A stretch of 64,000 nucleotides of DNA from Styela clava (lineage: Eukaryota): the NCBI RefSeq assembly GCF_964204865.1, contig NC_135251.1:11532001-11596000 (forward strand), read 5' to 3'. Positions 13,438-25,783 of the stretch are shown here, piece after piece (positions within the stretch are counted from its first letter, which is position 1; every line of letters begins with the position of its first letter). The notes beneath the pieces were generated by a model. It worked only from the letters and a program-made list of their open reading frames with translations, searched no databases and was not told the origin of the DNA. The translations under genes were made by a program, and so were the position numbers.

Positions 13438-13449
13438 AATAAATTTATT
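13438..13449. terminator. Palindromic back-to-back polyadenylation signals AATAAATTTATT
   Basis: aataaa on + at 13438-13443 (113 nt after the MEIOB stop) abuts tttatt (AATAAA on -) at 13444-13449, downstream of the SCFD1 stop. Confidence 0.55.
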
Positions 13450-14236
13450 GACTATTTTATTAAGAGAGATCAAAATTTTTTATCAATATTATACATAACT
13501 CTCCAATAAATGATCTTGAAAAAACTGGGCCTACTCTAGAACAGAGCACGTTTTGTCTACACCAATGACATGTTGCTGTAAATTGCCCTTTAAGGCAATA
13601 TGTGCACTGCCATACAGTCGAGATAAGGAATTCAGGCAAAAGTAATATTCATTTAGTGCGCAAACACATCCTCTAAATTAACACAAAAAATATAAAGCAT
13701 TAGGATTTACTAAGAGCGTCATACTGTTCGGATGGCATCATGGAAAAGATATGGGTGTCTCATTGATGTTATTCTAGATCTAAAAGCTGAACCGCTTACT
13801 TTAAGTGAAGCTCTAAACAAGCAGTTTGTGTTTTAACAGACCTTGAATTGGATACTATCATGAACTCATTGCAGCAAAAGAGAAAAGCGATTCAATGAGA
13901 TAAATGCTGCACTGACCATCGCTGTTATGTCAATCCATCAAGAAATAGGTTATCATGACCATACAAAATATACTAAGTGAGAGAAGTCACTCTTCTGTGA
14001 AGTAAAATACTTGTTACTCCAAGGCTGTGTTCTGTTGATTTAGCTTAGAATCCTGAACCTGCCGCATGGCTCAACCATAAATCTATTCAAAATATGTAGA
14101 TCACCAAGTTTCGAATAAACCAAAATTTAAAAAACGCCCAGAAGAATTGGTCAAATCATATTTAATTGCTTTTTCCATTCTACTTGGTGTGCAGACTTAA
14201 TATAAATCATCTCCATGTGTTTCCTATGCTGTTCTC

Positions 14237-17200
14237 CTATGATATTTCAGATCCCAGATGCGCCAGCTGAAACAGCAATAAGTTGAAATTAGTATTAAAA
14301 ATGTTGTACTAAATTTAAATTGACGAATGCTTATTTTCTGCAATCAAATTATCCACTGTGAGAGCTCATGATATTAAATTCATTTTTTAGTCGGGAAGTC
14401 TGGACCAAATCAAATCGATTAAAAAAAATTATATATTCTCGAGCTGGTAATAATTTAGATGTTTCAAACGAAAATTTGTCATTTTGAGCATTAAATTCTT
14501 TCAAACTTTGAGTTACTTTCAAAGAATCAATTGAACATGATTTAAAATAGAACGTATTTACATCTAATAATATTCAAAACTATCATTCAGGAATGTATTA
14601 GGAATAAAAGGGACCATTAGTCTATTACATATAGTAATCTATGACTACAGTACAGCAGTTGAAGAATTTGTGACAAGAGGGAGATTTCAAAAAACAAATA
14701 ACAAACCTGTTTTAAAAATTGTGAAGCATTGAATAATTCACTACATCCATATGATATTCTTTTACCAGATTTACTCTGCAAAAATAAATCGTTGTCAATA
14801 TATTTATAACTAATTTTTAATGAAGAAAATTTTTAAATTGAAAATTATGTTATTACCTTGACATAATCCATCAAATTTTGATACTCAATGTAGTTGCCTC
14901 CACCAACAAGAAATACAATTGCCTGAAATTTGAATACGCTTAATTGGAAGTATGCACAAAAGATTTAAACTGTGGTCTTTTCCATCTCCATCTATGTAAT
15001 ACTTTAAATTTAAGGTCATGGTAAACATAGATGGGTATAGCACAAACAGTGTTAACCCCATTTTGTGAAATTTTATTCCTTGAAGCAGGTTTTGTCATAT
15101 TTTGTACAGAGTGTGAATCACTATTCTGTTAAGTCTATAAAAACAGAGGGTTACTGGGGTATTGCGTGTTAATGAGTCCTTTCCCCATGGATAGCAGGGG
15201 CTTTCCCCTTGTTTACTTCGGAGACGCATGTATTCATTGCCATAGGGATGCTTGAACGAGTAGAATTGTAAAGATAAATAAGAATGGCATATTCTCCATT
15301 GGGCAACGGGACAGATTAGGTCAAGAATAATGTGACAAACACAGGCATGAACACTTGTAAAAGTGAGCAAACAATGTGAAAACAAATAAAATATGTAACG
15401 AGTTATCAAAATAAACCATGAATAGGCATCACCTCAGAGTAAGGTACTTTGTTTCTTGCACCACCTTCCATAGATTTCGCTAGCTTTGGATCAAAATATC
15501 TGTAATTATCAATATCCTGAAAACAATATGAAAATCCTTATATAAAAAGGGATGAAGACTTATAAATTGACCATTGTTTGAGAAGATTATTTAATGTAGA
15601 AAGCAATGCACAAATATATTAATACAAAAGTATTTTAACAATGCTGTTTAACAATCATGGAATCACTGGATTCAATTAGCATAAAATTTGCATGGTGGTG
15701 GCGCCTATTGAACACCCACCACAACCTAGAGGTGCATTACTTCAAAAGCAGAAAATTTGGGAAGTGCCACAAAGCAATACTGTCAATGAAACACATCCAT
15801 TTTTAACCAATGAAAATTTCAAAGCAATTGGACCAATATTTAAAAAGAGTAATCCACTTTTTCTCAGCTACAGTTTTAAAAAGTAATAAAAAAAACATAC
15901 TATGTCCTGTAAATGCATCTTACCGTATTTGATTTCATTTCCATAAGCGAATCTACTATTCTTGTGACCGGTAAGTTCTGTAAAATAACAGAAAATCTAA
16001 GTTCAACATCTTCAAAAATTAAGAATTATAAATGACATCCAACAATAATTAATACAAATGACTTACGTGTTTCTTGACAACTAAATTTTTCACTCCCTCC
16101 ATCACAAACTGAGAACCAGTGCTCATGATGTGAGAGAACATTCTGTAAAACGAAAAATTATAACAATTAGGCAATGTTGCAATGCAAAAACTATATTAAG
16201 AAGTCTTGGTGGTTTCCAAGCGTTTTGTGTAAAATGCTCTACAGGCAATTGAAGTATAGAGAGCTCTTGCCACAGAAGCTGTAAGCAATGGGCATGAGAC
16301 GTTGCTTGAGCAGTTTCACATTGAAATACAATGATATAAAAAGCTAATAAAGTCAGGAAAAGTCATACTCCATAATTAATCATGAAACATTAATTGTGGC
16401 ATTATATCAAGTTTATGTAATATTCTTCATTCAAATTAACTCACCCAATAGTCTTGATACCTCCACCTCTATATTGCTGTGGGGAGGAACTGGAATTCAT
16501 CATTGAATATTGCCTGAAAAAATGGGTTTACCAAAGTTTTGTTAGATGTACTTTACATTTATCATTTTATTCAAATCTAGCCTCAAATAGAGACGATATG
16601 AATTGCAGTATCCATATATTTCAGAAACAGGATATCTCTACTCTATCATAGCAATTGTAATTATTCGCGAAATATTGAATACAAAAAAATTTGGTGAAAA
16701 GTTAACAGGTGATAATTATCTAGAAAAAGCTTTAGGCAGTAAGGGGTAAGCAGTAGGGAGAATAACCCTAATCCCTGATTAACAGCTAAATTTACTTTGA
16801 AATATATATTTATAATTCAATTCAATTTTAAATATTCAACTCTGTTTAAATAATGCTATCGTCCATTGTCAAAGCTACCAATATGGCGTATTTTAATCAC
16901 CTCCATCTTTTAATGTATTTCAGAGGTTCAAGGTTACATCTCGCAGCTTCAAGAGCTTGAGCATATTGGTCGACATCCTGATCAGAAATAGGTTGTGCTG
17001 ACTGAGACTGACAGATGTAATAAATTAAGAACAAACGAAGTTTATCATCAGGCGTCCCAGCTGAAAAGAAGTGACAGAATGAAAAATCAGTTTAAGAGGA
17101 AGGTCAAATGAGATATTAATCTGTGGACAATTTTCATCATTTAACCTCTTTATAAAATCATCTCATAACTTTGAAGTTTATAAAAGAGTGCATGTGGAGG

Positions 17201-20200
17201 GAGCTGACTTTGATCACCATATGGTCGCTTCGTCACATCAAATTTATAAAAAGCATCGTATTTGTCACTTTATTTTCATCAAGATTCTTTCTTTCCCAAC
17301 AAATCAGTGACAGAATCCAATAAAAATTGCTATGAGTTTATCATTAACATTATGGGATCAGATTCTTGGATTTTCAATTGAGGTGGAATTAATGGACCAA
17401 TCTACATTGAGTCTACAATCTATGCAATTCCAGGTTTTTATCTGATATTGATCCTATCTCCATTGTTAAAATATTTATCAAGTTAGAATCAATGATCCTA
17501 CCTTCTGGATCAGATATGAAATCCATCAATGATTTATCAATATTTGCTTTACTCATCAATTTTTCTTCCATTTCGAAATATTCGTCCAGTTTTCTCATCT
17601 GATTTTTAATAAAAAGTTTATGCAAGTGAATATATAAATCGTATTTCGGTCATAGGATTTTCATATTCAGCTTGCCGACAAGAGCGAAAAGAAACTTGTT
17701 AACACAACTTAATAATATGGCAGATCACAGTCTCTCACCCAGTTACAAACCCATATTGGGTACGGGGTCAATCCTGGTGCACAGACTTGAATAGTGGAAG
17801 CACCTGTAATCAGTGGCATGAACCACTCAGTCATAAGTAGGAGTCCAATTTTCCCCCCAAACATAAAACATTTCACAAAGATCCGCTAATCCCTACATGG
17901 CAATCAGCAGTGCAATAGCCAAGTCCAATTGTGCTGCTAATGTTTAGCAAGATCAGCCAACCTTGTTTAATTGACGAGTTACCTTGATAAAATCGAGAAC
18001 TGATGTTGCTATTGTAGTATGCATGTCAATTAATCGTTTCTTCTCCAATAATTCAGGCAATGTACTGAAACAAATGACAGGGTTAACATGGTATTGAATA
18101 AAAAAGAAATAGCAGCATATTCCTCCTAATAGAAATGATTTGCTCTTGATAAAAAACAGAAGACTGACGATTCAACAACAAAGAAATACATATGAAAAAC
18201 GATGTTATGAAAATGAAAGATAGTTAGGTGTGAATGTGATAGGAGAAAAGAATTTGAAGAATTTTGTTGCTATCCGACACCATTATACATAAAATACAAT
18301 GCTTCCAACCTTTTCTGATTTTTGTTTTAATGTACCGGTAACGTAAGTCAGAAAATACATACTTGACAGCAGAAGTTAACTTGGCAGTGTTATCAGATAT
18401 ATCAACAGGGGCACCTTCTTCAGCACCTGCAAGACCCTGAGAATGAGGAAAAAAAAACATAGTAATATTTAGACCCAATACACACAGATGAAAGAAAAAA
18501 CATCTTTCTTATAATCTCTATTTTTGCAGTTTGAATGCTCGCTCATAAGAGTGATCACTTCAAATTTTAAAGGCAACAATAACAAACAAGTTCGCACACC
18601 TAAAATATCAGCTCTCAAATACCAATTATATATCAATTTACCATGGCAGCTTTCAATCTTTGCACTTCTTCTTCATGGCCTCTATATTCTTCTATTTCAC
18701 TTTGTACAGCTTCAGCAACTTCAGGGAATGGATTTCCTTTATATTTTTGCCAAAATCTATCTAATGGTGAAAGATTAAATGTTTGATCTTTCTTTTTCTT
18801 GGGTCTGGCACCTGCTCCAAGATCATCTCCACCCCCTGATGATTCGTGGACTGTGACACTGTTCAGGTTGAAATCCTGAAATATGTTGAGATTAAATTAG
18901 GATCTAGCTGGAACCGGTTAAAACTGGTCAAATATCACTATGAAGGGAATGCTGCTTGAATATGGTATTGTTTACTATTATGTATCGTATATTCTGTTTT
19001 TGAGATTTAATCTTTCCAACCAACAAAATTTGTATCATGCTTTTATCCTTGTCCAATAGCACATTATATACACAAAATATCACTTGTTATAAATCATTTA
19101 AAAGATTCTTGAATCCTATATGCTAGCTAGATGTCAAAATAATCTTAATAATAATAAATAATGCCTATATATAGTTCAATCAGTCAGAAGACAGTCGAAA
19201 TGGGACAAATGAAGGAATAAGAATCGCATCACAAAATGCTTGTTTAGGAATTTTGAGTTGACTTTTATTTGTTGTTGTTGACAAATATATTGACACAGTG
19301 AAACCAAATTAGCTATGATACACATGAAAAGTGTTTTAAACTACATTCTAGTGATAGTTTGGGGTCCAACATCAAAACCCCAAAATAGGCATAAGGCACC
19401 ACCTAGCTTTTAAATCCAGACTGAAAGATGGCCCCTCGTCCATGATGATGCCTAGTGTTCAAAATCAAATCCAACTAACCAAAACATCATGTATCAATGC
19501 TTGATAAGTCCATGTATGATGCAGTGGAGTAGCAAGGTCGATGTTTCGATCCATAATCACAAGCAGAGGCCTTTGAAACGAAAACTGTCCACCAGGTGAT
19601 TGACCCAAACTTGCTGAACCAGATGATGCTGCAGAGAAGAAACTGTTTCTGGCATCTCTAATATTTTCTCTCAGTTTTTTATCCAGTCTTTCCGCAACCA
19701 TTTCCGCTGCGTTGCCTCTTGGACATCTTTGAAATTAGAAAAAAATAGACCAAGAAAATTACTTGGTTTTCAGGGCAAAAACTACTGCGACTGTACGAAT
19801 ACTGTGCTGACAAAAGATAATGCACACGGGTGTCATCTAATTCATCAAGTAAACACACTTTTATATGAATTGGCCATTATCTAACAGTAAATTCAATTTT
19901 TACGAAACAAGATATGGCATGAGCCTCATGACACCATTATCTGTTAGGCTGCAAACCAAAAATTGCAAACCAAATTTCTTCTGTCAATAAAACTTTAGTG
20001 TTGCACTGTTACATACGAAAGAACTCTGGTAATAATCTCAGTAATTCCAGCATGGTTCATGTAACCACTGGTAGGTTAAGCGGTAACTACTTTCTCCACC
20101 TGGTTAGCAATTCCCATAACCCGCATGGACTGGTACCCTGATAAAAAGCTGTGGTACCCCTACCCCATTAAATCATCTGATCAGATTGCTTCTCTCCAGG

Positions 20201-23122
20201 ATTAAATATGAAAATACTATCCTATCCTTTTCATAACCTGTTTAGCATCAGAATGTTGAAACGATATACCTGCTTACATTGTCTTTTACAGCACAAAGAA
20301 AAAAGACTTTTTAAAACTTTCAAAATATATTTCTATATTCATGTCTTATAATTTGGGTATAAATTTATGAAAAAAAGATAACATTATACAGAAAACATAC
20401 CTGATTATTGGAATTGCACCAAGACATACAAACACGCAGTAAAGACTGTCAACAATTGCATCAATTATGCTCATCATTTCTGTGTCTTTGATGGCAGTTT
20501 TATTGATACCTGTTTCAATAATCATGGATGGCATTATAACAGTATATAACTGCAGAAGCAAACATTTTTAGTCATTCGTATTCCAAGAGATGCTATATAA
20601 CTGCGTTGAAAACAGTGAGTTTGTAAACTCTGACTTAATAATATCTAAATTAAATAACAACTACAAAGCTGAAGCCAATAAACTGCATGTAAAAATCACC
20701 AAATGTATAATTGAATACGGTTAACTTAATAAGCATAAATTCAATATTTTTAGAAAAAGACAATTGATTGAACTAAAAAGAAACCTACTGTAATATGAAA
20801 TTGCATCTTTGTTTTGATTTCTCAAAAGAAACATGTTATCTTCGAGACTGATGAAATTTAAATATTGATCGAAAACTTTAGTAACATAAGATTCTGCATT
20901 CGCCTTAAAAAAAGGGAGAGTATGGTTATAAAATGTTTAACACATTAATGTAACTAAAATAGGAACTATGATGAAAAAATTGGTAATGTTTATTAAATAT
21001 GTTGATGTGCATTATATATTTTGCCACTGACCACTAACACAGTAAGAGCTATAAATAAGCTTATTTCCAATATATAATGGTTGACATGAGACCTTGAATT
21101 CAAGTCAACATTGCCAGGGAAAAACGATAGACGAAAAAAAAATTTTTCAAGGCATTAATTCTTAGTAAAAACTTTTAGCATAGTGTTAAATTCTAATCAT
21201 GCACCAGCAAAGACGTCATCAACAAAGATGTCTAATATTTCCATTTGTCATTTGTGATTCAATTCAAGTTGACAGACCAAGAACTTTTAACAGAATTCTG
21301 CTTCATTGTCCAAATTACAATTCTTACAACAATAACTTACTAATACAGCAGCACTCGCAAGATCTTCTAATTTATGTCTCGGAATAGCGGATATAAAATT
21401 AAAGTAATATCCTTCATAAAGCTCATTTTGCATATCCTGTAAAAAGAACAGAAAACATAAACAGTCACTAAATAACCAAATAGCAAACCATTCTCAAATT
21501 AATAACTTGACTGTATATAAAACTGTCACACTCAACACTGTATATTAATATCTGGTGACTAGGGCTAAATGCCCTACAGAGTGGTACATATTACCATAAC
21601 AGGATATGTCTTGGAATTGATCCCTGTTAGCCCCCACAACTTGTCCACCCAAACTATGATAAACTAACAAAAGAATAATCACAAAGCTATCATTCATTAC
21701 AAACTCGGCAGCTGTGTTTTTTTGAAAACATAAGAAAATTGTCAGCCAATGTTACAAATTCCTTCAAACATTACCCGACACATTCTTGTTATATTTTCAT
21801 CTGTTGGTAAAATAAAATATATGGCAGGAACGTCTGGTACTGGATCTCTGTCACTATGAAGAGACCTGAATAAAAAAATATTAATAGAGTTATACTTGAT
21901 TTGCAACTTGCCATCAATTTTATGCCCTCAATTCGATCGTGAAATAAATTATGCAAAGCTATATTAAAAATAAAGTCATTCCAATTAATAAAAAATCGAT
22001 GTATAGTAGTTAAGTTATGAGCCATCATTGATCGAAGTTGCAATAATCAAACTTTCTCAAAGCTGTACATAAAATTTGTCCTAAAATAGATGCCTTTAAA
22101 CAATAGTTTTACTTACAAGTATAATGTAACTCCCATGTCTCTCAATTCACTAACAGATAATAAAGGTGAAATAATATCTTGACCGAATCTATCATAAATC
22201 AAGACTTTCCATTCTGGTTCCATACTTGATGCTTTAGTTACTGGATTTCCAAAATGTAGCATTCTCTTGATGGCAACTAAAATTAACATGAATTTATACC
22301 GAGTTATTTGCCTTTCGCTGTGAACGAGGTCTTGTAAAAGCATCAACTGAAAATATATTCAGAATTTTGGGGAAAATTTTTTTATTTATAAATGGTTGCT
22401 CATCGTAAAAGCTTTCAAAACCAAATTCAATGATAGGACGCAAAAAAAGAGGCAAGTTCACTAAACGCCGTCAAGTACTTCTAGTTGGCGTGGCATAACC
22501 ATTTTCGCAAATGTCATTTTTGACCCTCGCCTGACTACGCCATCACAAAATTAAGCCACTACAACGTCACAGTGACGAAATAAGGCCCGTCAAAGTATAC
22601 AGATTGTCATCTAAAACGCGCAGACGATCACTCAAAATCAAGCAAGCTATTTCTCTTGTTTTCTCGTCCTACAGTCCTAACGATCCTGATATGAGGGAGA
22701 TCCGATGGCGTTAGCGAGTTCGTTATCATTATCAGAGATGCGTTTTCAGGTGACCTAGCTTTTTTTTGGCAAGCTCTATGACGTGATTGTGACGTAGTCG
22801 GGTAGGGGGTTGGAATAACATAAGTAAAAATGTTTGTGCCACGCCAACTAGAATATTTATGCCTTTTGTGAACATGCGCCCATAAAACTGTGAAAAGCAC
22901 ATCAACTTTCAGACTTTACCATTCCATAATTTCTTTCTCATCTGGAAAGGCAGAAAAGGGTTATGGTACTGAAATACGAAAGTCCTATCTCAAAATGAGA
23001 AATGACGATACTGTAGGTTCAAAGAAACAATATAGCCTAGACATCTCTTTATCGGAACACGGAATTGTAAAAATACAGAAATATATCATACCTGCTTGCC
23101 GTTCTCGTATAGAGGCAGCCAT
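14237..23122 (-). CDS. SCFD1: Sec1 family domain-containing protein 1 (Sly1, ER-Golgi SM protein), ~647 aa, 19 exons
   Basis: Exons 23092-23122, 22117-22276, 21775-21865, 21341-21436, 20789-20903, 20401-20509, 19480-19726, 18642-18875, 18363-18436, 17983-18064, 17502-17598, 16901-17060, 16445-16513, 16067-16142, 15924-15977, 15433-15516, 14857-14922, 14707-14775, 14237-14266 join in frame (1944 nt). Hallmarks: MAASIRERQ, WKVLIYDRFGQDIISPLLSV, QRPLLVIMDRNIDLATPLHHTWTYQALIHDVL, VFLVGGGNYIEYQNL. Confidence 0.96.
17700..17858 (-). mobile_element. Diverged internal/3' fragment of the tRNA-derived SINE family
   Basis: Reverse complement aligns by eye to the body of 39880-40233 (ggactcct...gtggttca...caagtc...tacc...gtaactgg..gagag..tgtg...gccatat). 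Confidence 0.55.
20050..20228 (+). mobile_element. 3' fragment of the tRNA-derived SINE family
   Basis: tggttcatgtaaccactggtaggtta ... ctctccaggattaaatatgaaaatactatcctatcct, the same body and (ATCCT)n tail as 39880-40233. Confidence 0.6.
22476..22855. mobile_element. MITE, same family as 11053-11508, in SCFD1 intron 1
   Basis: Inverted ends ttctagttggcgtggca / tgccacgccaactagaa and shared core cgtcacagtg...aaaacgcg...gcaagctatttctc...ctatgacgtga. Confidence 0.75.
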
Positions 23123-23706
23123 TCTTGCTGAATAGGATTAGAAAATTAAAGAACAACTCAAAGACAATCTCCTTCTATCCACGAAAACCCATGAAGCAAA
23201 TAACGGGCTAGCAGATCAATCCAAAACACATAACATCAAAGTAAAATGCGATTACAGGATTAAGCTAAGCTACATAACATGGGAACTGTAGTAGTAAACC
23301 ACTGTGCCTGACTCGTCAGCTCTTCCACGCTAACAAGTGCTCCCTGTAAAAATAATATGTTCGGAGCTTAAAGAAAAATATTCATGTTTTTAAAAGTTTT
23401 GCAAATAAATTGAATAAGTCTGACTATAGAGGTCTTAAATTTTTCCATTAATTAAAAATGGTGCTTTTTATTCAAAAGCTATGATATAAAATATTAAGGG
23501 GAACACGGATTTTTCAACGTCAATATTGCTCTATTTTAAACCTAGTGGGCACAAACATTTAATATATCGTAATTAGGATGGAATTTTTCTATTTATCGTG
23601 GGAGAGAGGAAAACCGATAGGACGAGATAAGCCACGGCCTATCAGCTCATGTCGGATATGGGATAGTGGACCGTTTATTTATTTCAGACACATGAACTTG
23701 ATGGTA

Positions 23707-24467
23707 CAGGGGTGGGCAAGGTTTTTGAACAAGGGGCCAGGAATTTTGCCCACCTAGACTGGCGGGCAGTGGCGTAGCATCCACCCCCGCAACCCCCGCG
23801 GTCGCGGGAGGGCCCACAGCGCAAAGGGGCCTAAGCGGTTAGAAATTAGAATTTAGAAATTTAAGCCGTAAAACCAAAAGCTGCATTGCAAAACCAGTAA
23901 TGCACATTTTAAAACGTTGATGTTAGTTCTGCTCAAAACATTTTGGTACGTAACAATGCCAGGGAGTCGTCGATTTTCGGCGTTTTGTGGTTTGATCGCA
24001 CCGGCAAAGTTAGAAAGGTTGTCAGAATGATGTCGAAAGCAAAACCTCTCAGTGGCGCACAGAAACGCAAAGAAAGGGCAGAAGAGGAAGCACGTATGAA
24101 AAAAATTAAAGTGATCAAGATAAACGGCAAATTTTAGGTTACCATTAATAGCGACGTGTTATGCTTTTTGACGAAATAAATAAAAGCGTTGTTTTAGCTT
24201 ATGTCCGAGAGTTTTTAGGGTCATTTCCACGAAATATTTTTGCGGGGGGGGGGGGGGGGGCACGAGAGTTTTGCTACGCCACTGCTGGCGGGTCATGTGA
24301 GTGTGGCGTGATAGGTTAAATTCTATGAACAATATTTACAGTGGTACAAAAGAAAAAGTGGAAAACAATAAGCCTTGAGCCAATATTAAATTTAATTGAA
24401 AAGTCAACAAATTCGTTGAGCTATTTTTTTAGGATTCGACCCGCGGTCCGTAATTTGCCCATGCCAG
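23707..24467. mobile_element. hAT-type MITE (outer element of the nest)
   Basis: caggggtgggcaa ... ttgcccatgccag termini. TSD degraded. Confidence 0.6.
23767..24284 (+). mobile_element. Internally deleted hAT transposon (inner element), perfect 8-bp TSD ctggcggg
   Basis: TIR cagtggcgtagc / gctacgccactg; TSD at 23759-23766 and 24285-24292. The residual peptide MSKAKPLSGAQKRKERAEEE resembles the basic N-termini of hAT transposases. Confidence 0.85.
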
Positions 24468-25783
24468 TGTAGAGGAGGCCGAAACCGACCAGCGGCTACG
24501 TGAACGGCAAGTAGTCTGTCAATCTGAGAGCTAAATCCAAATTGCAATACCAGTAAAATGACAGCTGATACGAATTAAATTCGTTTCCTCTTCCAGGCAC
24601 GGTAAATATGAAGACGCAAGGTCACTAGAATGATGAAGGTGATCAGAAAGAGCACACACATGTAGAATCACCAATGAAATTTCCTCGTGTTCTATGGACT
24701 CGATGTTCCATCAAAATGTTTTCTGTTTAAACCCTTCTTATTTAGTATTCACGGTGCACTCAGGGGTTTTCCTACCGGTATCCATGCGCCATTGAGCCTT
24801 GTTTTCATGTTTTCAAGAAAACGTAGCCTACACGCAAAGCGAACCACTTATTTTTTTTCTAAATTTAGACAAAAGCACAAAACTTCTGCTCTCATCCAAT
24901 GCACCCTCAATGAACACTTTTATAAATACCCTCTGTAGTCACATCTAAACAAACTTACATTTTTAGCTTTGCAAATTTGTATTTGAAATATCGCGAAATA
25001 TAATATCAGTCTTCAAAAATGTTGCTAATTATTTGGACACGTAAATTGTCTGTCAAATGATTTTTGTATCATAATGACTTATGGACTGCGACTTTATCAC
25101 CTTGTTTTGAATCTCGTAATTTGTTGTTGTTTAGGTTTTGCGAGAAATGTCTGTGAATTTCACTTAGAACCATTATGTTTTGGCGTAAAATATACATTCT
25201 CGTGTGACATTGTACTCTGGCCTCTCCAGTCGGACCTTCGCCCCATTTAAAGTTCAACAAATCAAAAGATTACGCCATCCTACCCCGGGAAACATTCGCA
25301 GTATAATACTTAGGGCTTTGCAACATATTCAAACATAGTTTCATATTAATTCCCGGGCGTCACAACAAACAGTTCTAAACAGCTTCGCCGATAGGAAAGT
25401 TAAAATAAAATGTATTAATTTTAAGACATATGCAGTCATCAGCGATCTTCAAGAATCTGTTTTCAACTTGAATTGTTGCTGTGCTGTGTTTTTTTTAAGA
25501 GTTTCGCCGCAAAACCACAGCGATAAAAGGAGGTAGGCTCTACAGAATGAATGAAATATGTCATTAATAATAATCTGATACAAATCTAACCCTGGCGAGC
25601 TAAACACCTTTCCTCCCAAACTTGATGCAACGTCATACTTTTGATAGCTATTCAGCTGAATCACACAAACAAACAAACTAGCAGTTTAGTCGGTAGATAT
25701 TGCACAAAATAATATAACACAATAATGCTCCAGTTAATGGAATGAACAAAAACTACACAATATTCCTTGAATGAATGGAAATC

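Larger units (their letters stand above)
23574..24505 (-). mobile_element. Old SINE copy interrupted by nested hAT elements
   Basis: 23574-23706 and 24468-24505 are consecutive pieces of the SINE reverse complement, e.g. gttcacgtagccgctggtcggtttcggcctcc. Confidence 0.6.

Noticed and set aside
16227-16323. H/ACA snoRNA-like pattern (hairpin, ACAGAA, hairpin, ACA) on +
   Set aside because: Antisense to the SCFD1 host intron and the pseudouridylation pockets are poorly formed. An Infernal/Rfam search would settle it.
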